Shown in pieces: positions 37,642-50,796 of a stretch of DNA of 64,000 nucleotides. Within the stretch, counting starts at the first letter, position 1; every line of letters starts with the position of its first letter. The stretch comes from Peribolospora baueri (lineage: Eukaryota). The stretch spans positions 124,001 to 188,000 of the forward strand of contig JAMDHS010000015.1 of assembly GCA_029717555.1 (NCBI GenBank), in the 5' to 3' direction. The position numbers and the translations under genes are program-made. A model generated the notes under the pieces. The model was not told where the DNA came from. It worked only from the letters and a program-made list of their open reading frames with translations, and did not search any database.

Positions 37642-38791
37642 GGAGGGGGGAGGAGGAAGGGAGGAGAGCGGACGAGGGTCCAGCTGGGTGTGAGTGCGAG
37701 CGGTGTGTGGTCGGCAAGGTGCAGGCAGAGAAATGGAAAGGCGGTGAGAAAGAGGAGATGAGGACGAGGTGTAAGGATAACGAGACGGCACGCGAAGAAG
37801 GAAGAAGGAAAAGGTCTACGAGAGGGAAAAGGAGGGTCGACTATGCGGACGACGAGGTGCGAGGGCCTCTCTCTGCCCTCTACACTACGTATACCGCCCC
37901 TCGGAGACAGCGACGGCGGGGGGTTGATATCGACAAGAGGAAATGAAGGGAAGGCCGGCCTTTTTTCTTCTTCCTGGCTTGCACGGGCGCTCGCTAGCTA
38001 GCTGGCTCGTACGTTTCGTTCGCCCGCTCGCTCACCTTGGAAGATGACGGCCACGTGGGACGGGGCTGCCGGTGACTTGGAGGGCAACGCCGAGGGTATG
38101 TAGAGAGGAGACGAAGTGGAGTCGAGTCCGACTCCGAGGTGGTGGTCGTGGTCGTTGTCGTGGTCGTCGTTGGCGCCCGTCGGCCGTTGTCGGTCACCCG
38201 TCCATGCGGAAAGTCACGGCGACGCGTCGGCGCACGTGGCGTGCGTGAGGGCGACGGCGGCGAGTGCTGCGGCGGCGGCGCCATAACGCCGCAGCGGGTA
38301 TTAATGAATTCCGCAAGTGCCCATTTGTAATTGGGGTGCGCTGCGGCGAGACTGCGGCTGCTGCGGCTGCCACGCCGGCTGAGGCGGCCGAGCGGTGGTG
38401 ATCGCCATCCCGACCACGCCAAGGCTCGACTCGAGCAGCCGAAGAAGCAACGCGAGGCGACGTCGGCCAAACAAGAAAGACAGAAAGAAGAGAAGAAGGA
38501 CTCGTTCGTGGTCGTCGCTCTCTCTCCACCATCTTCGCCCCACCTCGTCCATTGGCACACGCGCCAGCCTCGCGTCCCACCTTCCTTCCATTCCCTCCAC
38601 GCCCACCACTCCCCGTTCCTTCCCTTCGCAGGCCGGAGGCGACGGACCGAGCGAGCGAACACTCGTTACTTTCCCACTCCTCATCCGCACGGCGGTCCTC
38701 ATCTCGTTCGCACCTACGACCCACGTCCAGGTCGCATCCATCCCCTTCGCACCACTCTGCACGGACGTGGATCAGAAGAAGCGAGGGCAAG

Positions 38792-40776
38792 ATGAACAAG
38801 GTGAGCCGACGGCACGGCGTGACCATGTCCTTCCCTTGCGCTGCATCTCACCATCTCCCTCCCTCGCCCTCCACTCAAAGCTCACCTCGTTCCTGCCAGC
38901 GTCCAGGTCCTGTCGCCTCTTCCTCCTCGTCATCCTCCTGGAGGCGGTGGCAGACGTCGCCATCGAGGCCAACCTCTTCATCCGATTCCGATTCGGCGTG
39001 CAGCACCAGAACAGCACCAACCTCGTCATCGACCACTCGCAGCAGAGGACGCTGCCCGTTTACCTGGGCATCTTTTGCATGGCACAGTGCGTCTCCTCGT
39101 TTCTCGCCACGATCACTAGCCCACCTCTTGTCCGCTCACTCTCGCCTGCCCTTTGCGTTCGCATCCCCGCAGCATTTACCAAATCGTCCTTGCCTTCGAT
39201 GCCGCGCACGCGCGCAATACCATCCAGATCATCGGGCTGGCCATTTTCAATCTCATGTTGTGCGTCTCTTCACTTCTCCCGCGCGCGTCCTCATGAACGA
39301 GACCAGTCTCCCCTCGCTCTCGCTCAATCCCTTCTTCCCTTTGCAGCCTCATCTACGCGGTGATCCAAATCTCCGAGATCCGCGACGTCCTCGGCACCGG
39401 CGTCGTCCCCGGTTCGAGCAACAAGGTGCCCGTGCAGATCCTGACGGGCGCCATACCTATCATCATTGCTGCCGCCGAGATCGCGTTTTGCGTCTTGACT
39501 TGGTTTATTTACAGGGCATTCGGGTGCGTGTGCGGGCGCGAGTGCAGTCGGAGCGCGGTGTTGACCGGCAGGGCTGACCACCAGGACTTCGGACGCTTTT
39601 TTTTCCATCGTTCCACTGGATGTCTTCCGTGCCTTGTACGCAGATGGTGAGCTCCTCACTTCGACTCTCCGTCCCCATCCCTCACCCCCGGTCCCTAGTC
39701 GCTTATTACTTGTCGCCCACCTCTAATGCCTGATTCTTATTTGTCCGCTCCTTCCTCCGGCCTCACCCAACCAGGGACATCTACAAGAAGATTGGCGCAG
39801 ACAGGGGCATCAAGCGCGCCTACCTAACCTACCAGGTTTTCCTCTGTCTGCTCAAATTTGGCGTCTTCTTCTTCGTCGCATTCTCGTTGCAGGTCAGTGC
39901 GGCGCCGCGGCCAGCGGTGTAGCCTTTCCGACGCGACGAGCACCTCTTCACGTGCGCGGACGCTTACACCCGTCCTTGCACCGCCTTTTACCTCGCCTGC
40001 ACGCAGTTCGTCCTCATCGTCCTCAACTCCCAAGACGTGGAGTACGACCTGACCATCGTAGCCGTCCCTCTCTCCTTCCTCCTCGTTCTCGCCGGATGGT
40101 ACTCTGTGCGGCACGAGATCCGATGGCTCGTAGCCGTATTCTTGACTGGCTGTACGGCTGGCATGACCTATTTTGTGTTCAAGGTGCGTCACCTCGGGCT
40201 CGCTGGCTTTTTCCAGTTCGTTCACGCGTGTTTACTCGTCCATGCTCCCGTTGCCAGCTTTTCCGCATCTTCACCCAGTCCAAGTACCGCGACGTCAAGG
40301 CGTCCTTGGCCACGTTCTGTGAGTCGTCACCGCTGGCGTCTATGTTGTCCGCCCTTGCTAAACTCGTCTTTCACAACTCTGTCCGTCTGTCTTATTCGCC
40401 TTCGCCTTCGCCGACCCACAGCGATCCTGGCCATTGTCAATCTCCTAGGCGTTTTCATCTACACCGTCCTCTGCCTTCGGAATTTCGGCGAGGGGCTTAA
40501 ATACCACCGTGCGTCGCCTCGCCGGTTCCCTTGCGCCTTGCTCAGGTTCTCCGCTCCCACCTCCGCGCTGACCGCCCTTCGTCCCTCCCTTTCTCCTTCC
40601 TTCGCCCCGGCCGACAAACAGTCTCCAAGTCCGAAAGGCGCGCGCCCTTCTTGCGTGACCTAGACGACGACGGCGAACAGGGGTATCTGCCGCCGGGCAA
40701 AGTGGGCGCCGTACGGCTCGGGTCGGCCAACACCTCAAGGGAGTCGATGAAGATGTCCAGGATGAGCTTGGATTGA
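38792..40776 (+). CDS. Multi-pass membrane protein, UPF0658 Golgi-protein-like
   Basis: Many exons: 'MNK|LTSFLP..', 'LPVYLGIF', 'RNTIQIIGLAIFN', 'YAVIQISEI', 'YRAFG|W|DIYKKIGADRGIKRAYLTYQVFLCLLKF', 'SVRHE', 'CLRNFGEGLKYH', ending 'RMSLD*'. Confidence 0.85.
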
Positions 40777-41939
40777 TTTCGACTCCGCCGTGCCCGTCAA
40801 AAGCTTTACCCGTCCGTCCTTTCCGTCGCTCCCCGGTCTCGCTTCTCTCCTCTTCGTCGCGCCCATCTCCCGCGGTCTTCGTCGATCCATCTGTCCGTCC
40901 GTCCGTCTGGCTATACCACTTGGCAAGCCTCTGTACCAATGTCCTTCCTTCCTTCCTTCCTTCCTTCTCCTACGCTCCCTCGTCTTGGCTTTCTTCCAGG
41001 TCCTCCGTCGTCTCTCGTCTCGTCTGCTCTCGCACTCTCTGGTCTTCCGGGTTCGCGTCCCCTCCGTTCGCCGCTATTACGATTCCGATCCCTCGGGTAC
41101 CGAGCGCCTCCTGCCGGTCTCTCCCCTTTCTTACATCCACACTCCCTCCATCCTGCAAGTCGTCCCATTATTCGACGGTCGACCCCATCCATCCATCCAT
41201 CCATCCAGAGCAACTGGCAGACGGACTGCCCCGTCATACACCGCCTCAGTGCCGTCCTCTTCACGCAGCTCCACTCAGCTCTGTTTTTCGTCTCCCTCTC
41301 TTCTTTCTTCTGATCTGATACTCCCTCATCCCGCCGTTTCCTCCTTCACTCCTTTCTTCCCCGGTCTTCGGTGTCGGCCGTCTCATCTCACACCGACGCA
41401 ATCTGTAGCACTTTCATTCTTTCCCCGCCTCTCTTTCCTTCCTTTTTTCATTTTTTTTCTTGGCGTTCCGTGTCCGCCGCTGGTCATCGGCGCGCGCGTT
41501 CGGTCGGTCCGGCGGGGTTCTTGATGGTTCTCGATGGTTTGTGATCGTAGTCGTTCCCCCTCCCAGCGTCGTTCTTGATTTCGTCTGGTTATATATGGAC
41601 TCTCTCTCTCTCTCTCACCGTCGGCCGTCTCGCGTGAATAAGCGCGAAAGAGCGCCGTGTGAGTTCAGCAAAGGGAGCTTAAATCGTCCACCTCCGTCGT
41701 CTCTGTCCCTGTTTTTCCTTGGCGACGGACTGAGGAGGTCACACGCTCTTTGAAAAAGGCACACTGCGCAATTGGCGCTGCTGCGACTCTGAACGGAGGA
41801 TTCCTCGTTTGTTAGACGAAGCGTGTCCTTTGGACGGATGCCACCCTCAGGAGGTGAAAGCAAAGGCACAAACAAAGAAGTGGTCGCTCGCTCAGTGCTT
41901 GAGCCTACGGACCAACGAGTGACACCTCTCCAGGTCAGA

Positions 41940-44856
41940 TCAAATCCCCCTGAACACGTTCTTGCTCGCCGATCGAACTTCACCCCGACTCCGCCTCTTC
42001 TGCCTCCCGAACCTCGCCTCCCCTTCCACGTTCGCCCCGTCCCCGCTCGCTCCGGCACCTCCTTTCTCCAGCCCGTGCCCAAACCGCTCCACTTTGCCCG
42101 CCGCGCCCGCACCAGTCCCAGCCGAGGCCGACGTTTTTCGCTTCTTCGACTCGCCAGAGGGGATGAAGGAGATGGAGCGATCGCCTCCTCCTCCTTTCCT
42201 GCCGCCCGAGGAGTCCCTACGGCCCCCTTTGGTCGCCGCATCTCCCTTTCGCATCCGCTCTCCAAACGTCGCCTTGCGCTTGACGTACCCTCCCGAGGAT
42301 GCCGTCCCTTCACCATCCGCATCGACCAGACGAGGTCGCGAGCCGGCCGACGCCGCCGCCGCCGATGACGACGACGACGACGGAGCGGGTGGACCGTTCT
42401 GTGCGACGGGTTGACGGTCTCGCTCACGGGGCTGTCCCTTCGATGGTCGAAATTGGCCGAGATCTGAGAGAAGGAAGACCGGCGGCAGTGGGGGACACAA
42501 AGTGTGCATGCGCGTATGGACGTTGAATAACGATCCGCTCGTCGATCGATCGGTTGTCGGTCCGAGAATGAACGAGGACACAGAGACTTACCTCCCTCGT
42601 CGCTGCTGTCTCCTGATTCGCCTTCGTCCTCGTTCTCACTGCTCCCCTCATCATCGTCGCTCGAGCCTCTCTCGCTCTCTTCTTCCTCCTCTTCCACCGC
42701 CGTCTTCTTCCGGCCCTGTCGCACCATAAGCAAGAAACCAAGCGAGATGGCATGAGCAAAGACAATCTCGCCGAGTGGACAACCTGTCGGAGCAACCGAC
42801 AGAAGCGACTGGGGACAAGAAACGCTCACCCCGCTAGCAGCAGTAGAAGGATTGAGGAGAGCGAATTCCCTGCTGGTGTCGTCGACCTCAAACTCGGGGT
42901 TCTCGAACATTGCGGCGAAACGCTCGTCTTTGAGCAACGACGGTGCAGACTTGGCCTTGTCATTTGTCTTCTTCCTCTTGTCTCCCTCTCCCCCGTCGTC
43001 TTCCTCCTCATCTCCTTCCTGTTCAGCAGCCTTACTGGCCCTCTTCTCAGTCCTCCTCCTCTCCTTTTCCTCCTTCTTCATCAGCGTCTCCGCCAGCTGC
43101 TTGTTGACCTTGGGCAGGTCCCGCTTAGCCTTGATCCTGCTCTCCGCCTGCTTCTCCATCTGCTCCTTCAGGACCTTCTCCTTGTGCTCCGCGTACAGCG
43201 TCGGATTGGCGATCAGTCGTGCCTTGTTATAAATCGGCAGGGACACGAAGAAGCCGTGCATGTACGGTTTCAGAAGGGCAGTGCCGACAAGGTGTTCCAT
43301 CCCGAGACTGTGGAAAGATGAGCACGTGCGCAGCATTTAGGATAAGTGATGATTGACGAGTGCGACGCGAGAGAGATATGACGATCTCAACGAACCTCGC
43401 GAGCTCCTTTCGATCAACAAACTTGTAGTCATCATACACCGTCGCCACCGCGTTCTCCTCCAGTTCCTCGGTGACATTGTCCAAGAAGGAGCACCAGCGC
43501 GGGGCGGGACCAAGTTGAGGAATGTAGTAGGTAGTCATCTGTACTCCCTCGTTGGCCATCATGATAAGGCCGGAAGAGGAGACATGATGGACGCAGTTGA
43601 TATCTGTCGTGGGTGTTATGGAAGTGAGGTTGGCGGCCTTGACGGACAATAAGACGAAGACCAATGAGCTTGGGACAAGTAGGGCGGGCTGAACAGTTGA
43701 GCGATCCCTTACCGTGTTCTTATCCCAGATCTTGATGACTTTGGCATCTGCGCTCAGAATCTTGCCCTCCGCCTCGTGTCTGCTCGAGCCCTCGGTCCAC
43801 TGCACCGTCTTGATCGGAAGACCATATCCTTGGTCCTTTACAGTGAAAGGTCTCGGGCTGCGTAAGTCGTAGAGCAATACGTGGCCGGTGGAAGTGCCAG
43901 CTGCGAGAGTGAGACCATCGGAGCGGCTGGCAAGAGCGGTGACTCCCAGAGGACGAGTGGAACTTTTTCCCTGGTCGTCCATCACGGCCGGCAGAGCAGA
44001 TGCGGAGGACAGCGACTGGACGACCTGCGGAACCGCCACCGAGAGAAGGCCCGCTCGTCGTCGGGAGCGCGGATCCCATAATTCCACCGTTCCCGGACCA
44101 TCCGTGCCGAAGGAGAGAAGCTGATGAGCGGGATTGATATCGATGACATTCACGCCCTGGACCTCGGCATCGCTTCCTTCCACGAAGCCAATTCCTTCGC
44201 CCATGACGTAAGGAGAAAGGAAACGTCCGTGATCAAGGTTGAGTCGGTAAACCTCATTCCCCGAGGCGGAGATAAGTGCGTCGCAAGAGGGAAAGTGGTA
44301 GGCAATGGAGCGGCCGAAGCGGGGGATGCGAGTACGATAGTGGAAACCGGCTTGGGTGTGCAGCTCGATAGAGCGGTCCGCCTGGAGGTGGACCGTCTTC
44401 GTCCAGTCGTCGGAGAGGATCTGAATAGGATGAGGATAATAATTCTTGAGCAACGAGATTCATCAGGGGAAGCTTTCCTCCTTTCCGCCCACTTACTTTA
44501 AAATCGACGTTCTCCGCGTCCGTGTGCCGCTCAAACTTCATCGCGAGCTGATACAAATCGTAGACCCTCATCTGAGGCTTGTAAGTGCCCGTGGCAATAG
44601 CATGCTTCCCATCGGGAGTGACCTCGATCTTGTTGCTCGCCTCCGGGAACTCAAAGTCCTGAATGAGCTCGATCCTGTCCGTCTCATCCTCGCGCCTCCG
44701 TCGTCGCTTCTTCTTCCAAGCAAGCGACTTTTGGAGGAAGGCCGGGGTGGCGGAGGAAGCGTTTGCGCCTGGAGTGTCGTTAGTGCGCGAGCCGCCTCCG
44801 GAGACGGTGTACACCTTGACGTTGCCCGTGCCTGCCGTTCCCAACGAGGTCACCAT
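41940..44856 (-). CDS. ENP2: Ribosome biogenesis protein Enp2/NOL10 (WD40 + NUC153)
   Basis: 'RIELIQDFEFPEASNKI..ATGTYKPQMRVYD..MKFERHTD', 'ILSDDWTKTVHLQADRSIELH', 'YYIPQLGPAPRWCSFLDNVTEELE', 'KPYMHGFF', NUC153 'DERFAAMFENPEFEVD', and C-terminal 'RSASKNVFRGI*'. Confidence 0.96.
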
Positions 44857-45019
44857 GGTGGGCTGGGCGTTGCGTGTTGGAGGTGGGAGATTGGAGAGGA
44901 GAAGAGCCCAGTCGAAACAGGTGCCTCTTCCAAAATGCTGCGGCAACACATCATCGTCCTGATCTTCTCATCCGGGACACGATCGTCCACGACCAAACGG
45001 GGCTCGAGCAGGCGCAAGC

Positions 45020-46917
45020 ATGTTGTCCCTCGTCGCCTCGCCGTATCGCGTGGCTCGCCTTCAGCGAGCTTGCGCACGTTGTTGCCAAGCCGCTTGCGCC
45101 CCGGGCACGACGCGAAGCTGGAGCTCGGTGCGCTCATTTGACCTTCCGATGGTTAGGTCACGGCCGTTCGGGCGCAACGATTCTCCTAATCACTTCAAAT
45201 CAGAGCCAGGAACGGCAGCTTCTCTATCCTCGTGGTTTCAACCAGTTTCTCCTCGACTTTTGCGAGGCGCTCGCGCTGAGAGCAGCTCTCGGTCGTCCAT
45301 CTTCGCCGGCGGCCTTGGCTCCTTCGCCTCCCAAGCCTTTGCTTCCACCGCCGTTCCGGTCCGCCTGTATTCTTTGTCTCGGTTTGCAGCACGAAGACAC
45401 CTCTCTACCGCCGCTTCTACCACGAGGGGTGGTACGCCGCCTCTACCGCGCCTCACCCCCCCAATCGTCGGCTACTGGCTGCTTTTCTCCGCCTCTCTCG
45501 TTTTCGGCATCGTCATCGTGGGTGGCCTCACCCGCCTTACCGAGAGCGGTCTCAGCATCACCGAGTGGAAGCCCGTGACGGGAGCGTTGCTACCCAGCGG
45601 GGAGGACGGTTGGGAGGAGGAGTTTCGCAAGTACAAAGAGACGCCCGAGTACTTGACGTGAGTGCGCTCTCGCTTGTCCACTCCTTGGACCGCAGCGCTG
45701 AATAGCTCCCCCCCTTACCTGCCGTCATTCCAGCATGAACTCGCACCTGACCCTCTCCGAGTTCAAGCGTATCTACATGTGGGAGTGGGCGCACCGGGTC
45801 TGGGGTCGGGCCATCGGTATCGCTTTTGTCCTTCCGGCCGCTTACTTTGCCGTGCGGGGCCAACTCAGCAAAGGCACCGGCGTGAAACTGCTCGCCATAG
45901 CCGGCGGCATCGGCTTCCAGGGCTTCCTAGGCTGGTACATGGTTCAGTCCGGTCTTGTGCCGGAGCACCTCTCCACGAATTCCGACCCGACCATACCGCG
46001 AGTTTCGCACTATCGTCTCGCCGCGCACCTCGGCACCGCCTTCCTCGTCTACGTTGCCATGCTCCTGACCGGAGTGGGCGTGTTGCGGGACTACAAGGCG
46101 GCGGTGGGCAAGGGGAAAGTGAGCGGAATGGATGTCTCCATCAAGGGAGGGCCCGAGTCGCTTCTCCGTGTCCTCGGCAGCGCTCAGCTGAGCCGCTACC
46201 GTAACGTGGCCAAGGGCGTCGCAGGTCTGGTCTTTTTGACGGCCATGTCCGGCGCTCTCGTCGCTGGTCTCGACGCTGGGCTGCTGTATAACGAGTTTCC
46301 GCTCATGGGAGGACGTCTCGTTCCGCCCAAGGACGAGCTCTTCGAGGACAAGTTTGCCAAGAAGGAGGACCGCAGCGACAAGTGGTGGCGGAACATGCTT
46401 GAGAACCCGACCACTGTGCAGTTTAACCACCGCGTCCTGGTGAGTGTCATTCCGTCTCGGCGCCCAGGCGTTCATATGCTCACAAGTTTCCTCTCGACAG
46501 GCCGTCACCACCGTCGCCGTCGTCCTAGCATTCCACTTGTACACGCGACGCCTCATGAAGCGACGCCTCGTCCTCCCGTCCTCCTCACCGTCTGCACGTC
46601 CGGCTCATCCCATTTCGGTCGCCTCTACCGTCCCTCTTCCCTCTTCACTCCCCGTCCTCCCGCCTCTGATCCCCAGGCTCACCGCCCTAGCCTCGCTCAT
46701 GGCGCTGACCCAAGCCTCGCTGGGGATCACCACGCTCCTCTACCTCGTTCCCATTCCCCTCGCAGCGGCTCACCAAGCGGGAAGTCTCCTTTTGCTCACG
46801 TCCATGCTCGCCGTCGTCGCCGCGGCCAGGATGCCTTCCAAGGTGGTGGAGGAGTGGAGGAGCGCGGTCCGGAAGAGGGCCTTAAACGGGGTCGCGCGCA
46901 AGGGCGAGCAGGCTTGA
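45020..46917 (+). CDS. COX15: Heme A synthase
   Basis: 'VGGLTRLTESGLSITEWKPVTG', 'EFKRIYMWEWAHRVWGR', 'FQGFLGWYMVQSGL', 'RVSHYRLAAHLG', 'SGALVAGLDAGLLYNEFPLMG', 'VQFNHR', 'LAAAHQAG'. Introns are at 45658-45733 and 46440-46500. Confidence 0.96.
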
Positions 46918-47458
46918 CGTCGTCTTTGCTGCATGAGGCGAATGCCTTACAATGTATTTTTTCTTATTTTTGTCCGGTCGCAAGCCCACCATCCTCCACT
47001 CCCACCTGTTGATGCCGAGCAGCGCACCGCTCGAAAGGACTGAGAGCAGCCATCCCGGCCGTCCCGGCCGGGTTCTGGCCAAAGTCGCGAGCGAAAGATA
47101 AACGAAATGAGAGGTGTGATTTGAAAGTGTATATGACCTTGTGTTCCTCAGTCGGGATGTGGGTGTAGGACGCGGAAATTTACGTTGTTGTTTATTCGGT
47201 TCATGGTCCGTACTCCGATCCGACCAGATGGACAGTGACCAGCTCAAGCCGACGACACTCGGTCCGGGCGCCGTATGATATGATTGCCGACGAGGGTTGA
47301 CCGAGAAAAATCCTGAGGTCGTATGATGTATGCTTCCAGATGTTCAGATTGCTCGGGAGGAAGGTGCGACACGACCCTCTATTATGGACTTGCACGGTGA
47401 CACGGTAGGACCTTAGGACCCATGAAATGTAAATGAAGAGCATTTAAAATATCAACAA

Positions 47459-47560
47459 GGGGCGGTGGCCTAGCGGCAAGGCATCGGATTGCAGTTTCCA
47501 CGTGAAAGCGTGGAATTCGCAATTCTCCGCAGATCGGGGGTTCGAGTCCCTCTCGCCCCT
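47459..47560 (+). tRNA. tRNA-Cys (GCA) with 30-nt intron
   Basis: Acceptor stem GGGGCGG/TCGCCCC with T discriminator; D arm GCCT/AGGC; anticodon GCA at 47491-47493; intron 47495-47524 at the canonical 37/38 site; T arm GGGGG-TTCGAGT-CCCTC. Confidence 0.93.
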
Positions 47561-47563
47561 CTC

Positions 47564-47569
47564 TTTTTT
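47564..47569 (+). terminator. RNA polymerase III oligo-T terminator
   Basis: T6 run 3 nt downstream of the tRNA discriminator. Confidence 0.85.
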
Positions 47570-48571
47570 GCGGTTTATGCTTTTGGTTCTTTAATTTTAT
47601 TCCCATTGTTATGCAGTTTTATTGGCAGCTATACGGAATAGGGCGGAATGCGCGCGTGCGCTTGTATACAGAATATGGAAGTTAAAGAAATCGTAGTTAA
47701 GGAAGTGGTAACTATAGGTATTCCATCAGAAACTTCTGGTGCCGAGAATGGTACTCTCGTTGGTCAATGATTGTCTGCCGCAGCTGGTCACTGCTTGTGT
47801 GCTCTCTATGATGGTTAGTTCCAATGTCATCGTTAAGAACGACTGCTCCCGAAAAGCGGCGCTGTACCCGTTCATGTCACGCCTAAGTGCGGAGATCTTG
47901 CACATCGGTACGTCCTGGAGGCTGCTTCTCCCCGTCAAGCTACCTTGGGTTCGGCGCGTCACTCATCCTGGATGCACTCTCTCCTCATCCAGCAGGGCCA
48001 CTCGGTCGCAAAGCAATTTCAGCCGCCAGGTAGCAGTGCTCAGCTCGTAAGACAAATAAGAGAACGGGTTGGAGTTGGCGGCAAGCGGTCAATGTGCGTA
48101 GAGGCGTGCTTCCTGGGCGCTTGGCGGAGGACGTGGAGATAGACGTTGAGATGGAGATGGACATGGAAATGGTAGCGGTCGAAGGCGGGCCCGCGCGCGT
48201 CGATGACCGATCTCTGCTGCGGCAGGTCCGGGGTTCGTGCCACCTTCGGGCCGCCGGGCTCGGGAGCGAGCCACCGATCGATGACGGCCCGGAGAAAAGA
48301 TGACGACGGCCGGCTGACAACGACGAACGACGAACGACGGACAAACGACGACCGGCTTGCTCAGCCGCGACTCGTACTCTGGATCATCACATCTCCTTCT
48401 TCTCGCCCAGCTCGACGTCGCTCGCTGCCGCTGCTGCCGCTGCTGCCACCGTCGAGTACTGCGACACCACCCGCGAGCGCAAGCTAGCCAGCTACCTACA
48501 CCGCCCCATCGCGGGAAACACGGGCAGGAGGGAAACAGAGGCGGATCGACGGCGGCGGTGGCGACGACAAG

Positions 48572-50796
48572 ATGGTCAACCCCCTGCCCGTCGTCTTGCC
48601 CGAGGAGTGCAGAAAGGCGAGCAAGATCCTTAACGCCTTTGTCGGTGCGTACTTTCGCCTCGCGCCCCCTCTCCGTTCGTCTCCTCCAAGCTGAGTCCTG
48701 TCTTCGCCCTCTCTTCCGCAGACCCGGTGAACGGATTGGTGAGCTGCGTTGGATCGGCTGTCGTCCGCGTCCGCGTCGCCTCACCGCCCGGTCCCTTGCC
48801 TGCTCTCCACAGGACCGCGTCATCCCCGTATCGGTGCTCCGCAATGCCAAAGGATTTGCCATCTACAGCGTCGTCCGAGCCAGTGTGTACCCGCGCCTTG
48901 CCGTCGTCCCTCCCTCCTCCCGGCCGTCGTTCTCCTCTTCTCCCGCTCACTTCGTCCTTTCGCCTTGCACCCTCGCACGCCGCCGCGTAGGCTTCGTCAT
49001 CTCCGCCAGGGCAGGCTCGGGCATCGTCATCGCCCGATTACCCGACGGATGTGAGTGCCGTCGCTACGCCGACCCCGCCGCTGACCCGCCGCTGACACGT
49101 GTTGCCACACGCACAGCCTGGTCCGCACCCGCCGCCATCGGTATAGCCGGCTTGGGAGGAGGCTTCATCGCGGGCATCGAGCAGACGGACTTTGTGAGCA
49201 CCGCATGTACCTTTGACGTGTCGTGTCCTCCTTTTCTGCGCCCTCATTCCCTCGCTATCGTTCCCCGGACAGCTCGTCGTCCTCAACTCGCGATCGGCGG
49301 TCAAGTCCTTCATGGCCACCGGCTCGATCCAGCTCGGCGGCAACCTCAGCGTCGCCGCCGGTCCGCTCGGCCGTACCGCCGAAGGTTCCGCCTCGCTCAA
49401 TACCAAGTTCAAGCCGGCGGCCCTATTCTCTTATTCGAAGAGCAGGGGAATCTACGGGGTTCGTCCATCTCGCTCTTCTGTGCTCATGGACGACGTGCAG
49501 TAGTGACTCAAATTTGCGTCGTGTCCGCCGCGCACAGGGCGTCTCCGTCGAAGGCACCATCCTCGTGGACCGCTCGGACGCGAACGCGAAAGCCTACGGC
49601 GACCCGAGTATCACGGTCAAATACCTCCTCTCCGGCGTGACCCCGCCACCGGCGTGGGCGGATACGTTGATTGGCACGATCGAAAAGTTCACTAGCACGG
49701 GCCGCGCGGCCGAGGCCCGGGAGGCGGATTACGCGGCGGGCCTCGAGTACGACGCGGCGCCTCCCGGTTGGGGCGGAGGGAGGGCGAACACGCCTGAGGG
49801 TGTCGGTCTGGGCACGGGATATGCGTTCCGAAGCGGCAGCGTGGCGAGCCTGGAGGGGGGAGAGAGGCCGAAGCACAACCGCACGTTTAGCGCGCTCAGC
49901 TGGAAGAGTGGCAGCAGTGGCGGAGGTGGGCGGAATAGCCCGGCGGCGGGACGGAAGAGGTCGGGGTCCAACGCTCCCTCCTTGGCGTCCATCGGGCGGA
50001 CGGGCAGCGCTCTGAGCTTTACCAGCGGCCCGGGGACGACCAAATTGCCGAACGGCTACGGAGGTTATGGCTACGGCTCGTCTGGCGCCGGTGCTAACCC
50101 TTACGCAGAGCAGGACGCAGCGGCCCATTTAGAGCGCGCGACGCCGACTCGCACCCCGCCGCGGGCTAGCTCGGCCAATTCGTTGGCGCGGAGGAGGGGG
50201 GTGGAGCAGGCGTTGATCGACTTTAGCGAGGACAGAGAGGCGGAGGAGGAGGAGGAGGCGGCGGCGGCGCAGGTGCAAGGGCGAGGGGAGGAGGATGGGT
50301 ATGGGTATGGGTACGGCGACCAATACGGGTACGACAGCAGCGGTCGCGCAGACCCTTTCTCCTCCCCGCCCCTCTCCGCAGCCACCTCGTCCCACTTTGT
50401 CAGACACGGCGACGCGGCGTGGCCCACGTCGGCCGGCCTCGGTGAGGGCGGCGTTGGAGAGGACCGGTTCGGGACTGGTGGCGGCGATGGTGACGGCGGT
50501 GGAGCGGTGGGGAGGGCGGTGGCGTTGTATGATTTCGACGCGGTGGAGGTGAGCGACGACCAGGTCCACGCCATGTCGTCGTCGTCCTCCTCCTCCTCCT
50601 CTAAACTTGCCCGCGAGACTCACTCTTCCCTCCCCCGTTCACTCCCCCACAGTCTGGCGACCTCTCCTTCCGCCGCGGCGAAGTGATCACGGTCACCAAG
50701 CGTACGCCGTCCACGGACGATTGGTGGGAGGGCAAGATCGGCCCGAGAAGCGGGAGCTTCCCTGCGAATTACATAGAGATGGTGGACGAGGCCTAG
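48572..50796 (+). CDS. Ysc84/Lsb3 (SYLF actin-binding + SH3) protein
   Basis: '[47 protein letters not shown]', '[16 protein letters not shown]', 'WSAPAAIG', '[13 protein letters not shown]', '[15 protein letters not shown]', and SH3 '[36 protein letters not shown]'. Confidence 0.95.

Noticed and set aside
15566..50796. RhoGEF, RhoGAP, dynein relic and Ysc84 as a polarity gene cluster
   Set aside because: They are interspersed with unrelated housekeeping genes and no shared regulatory signal is visible.
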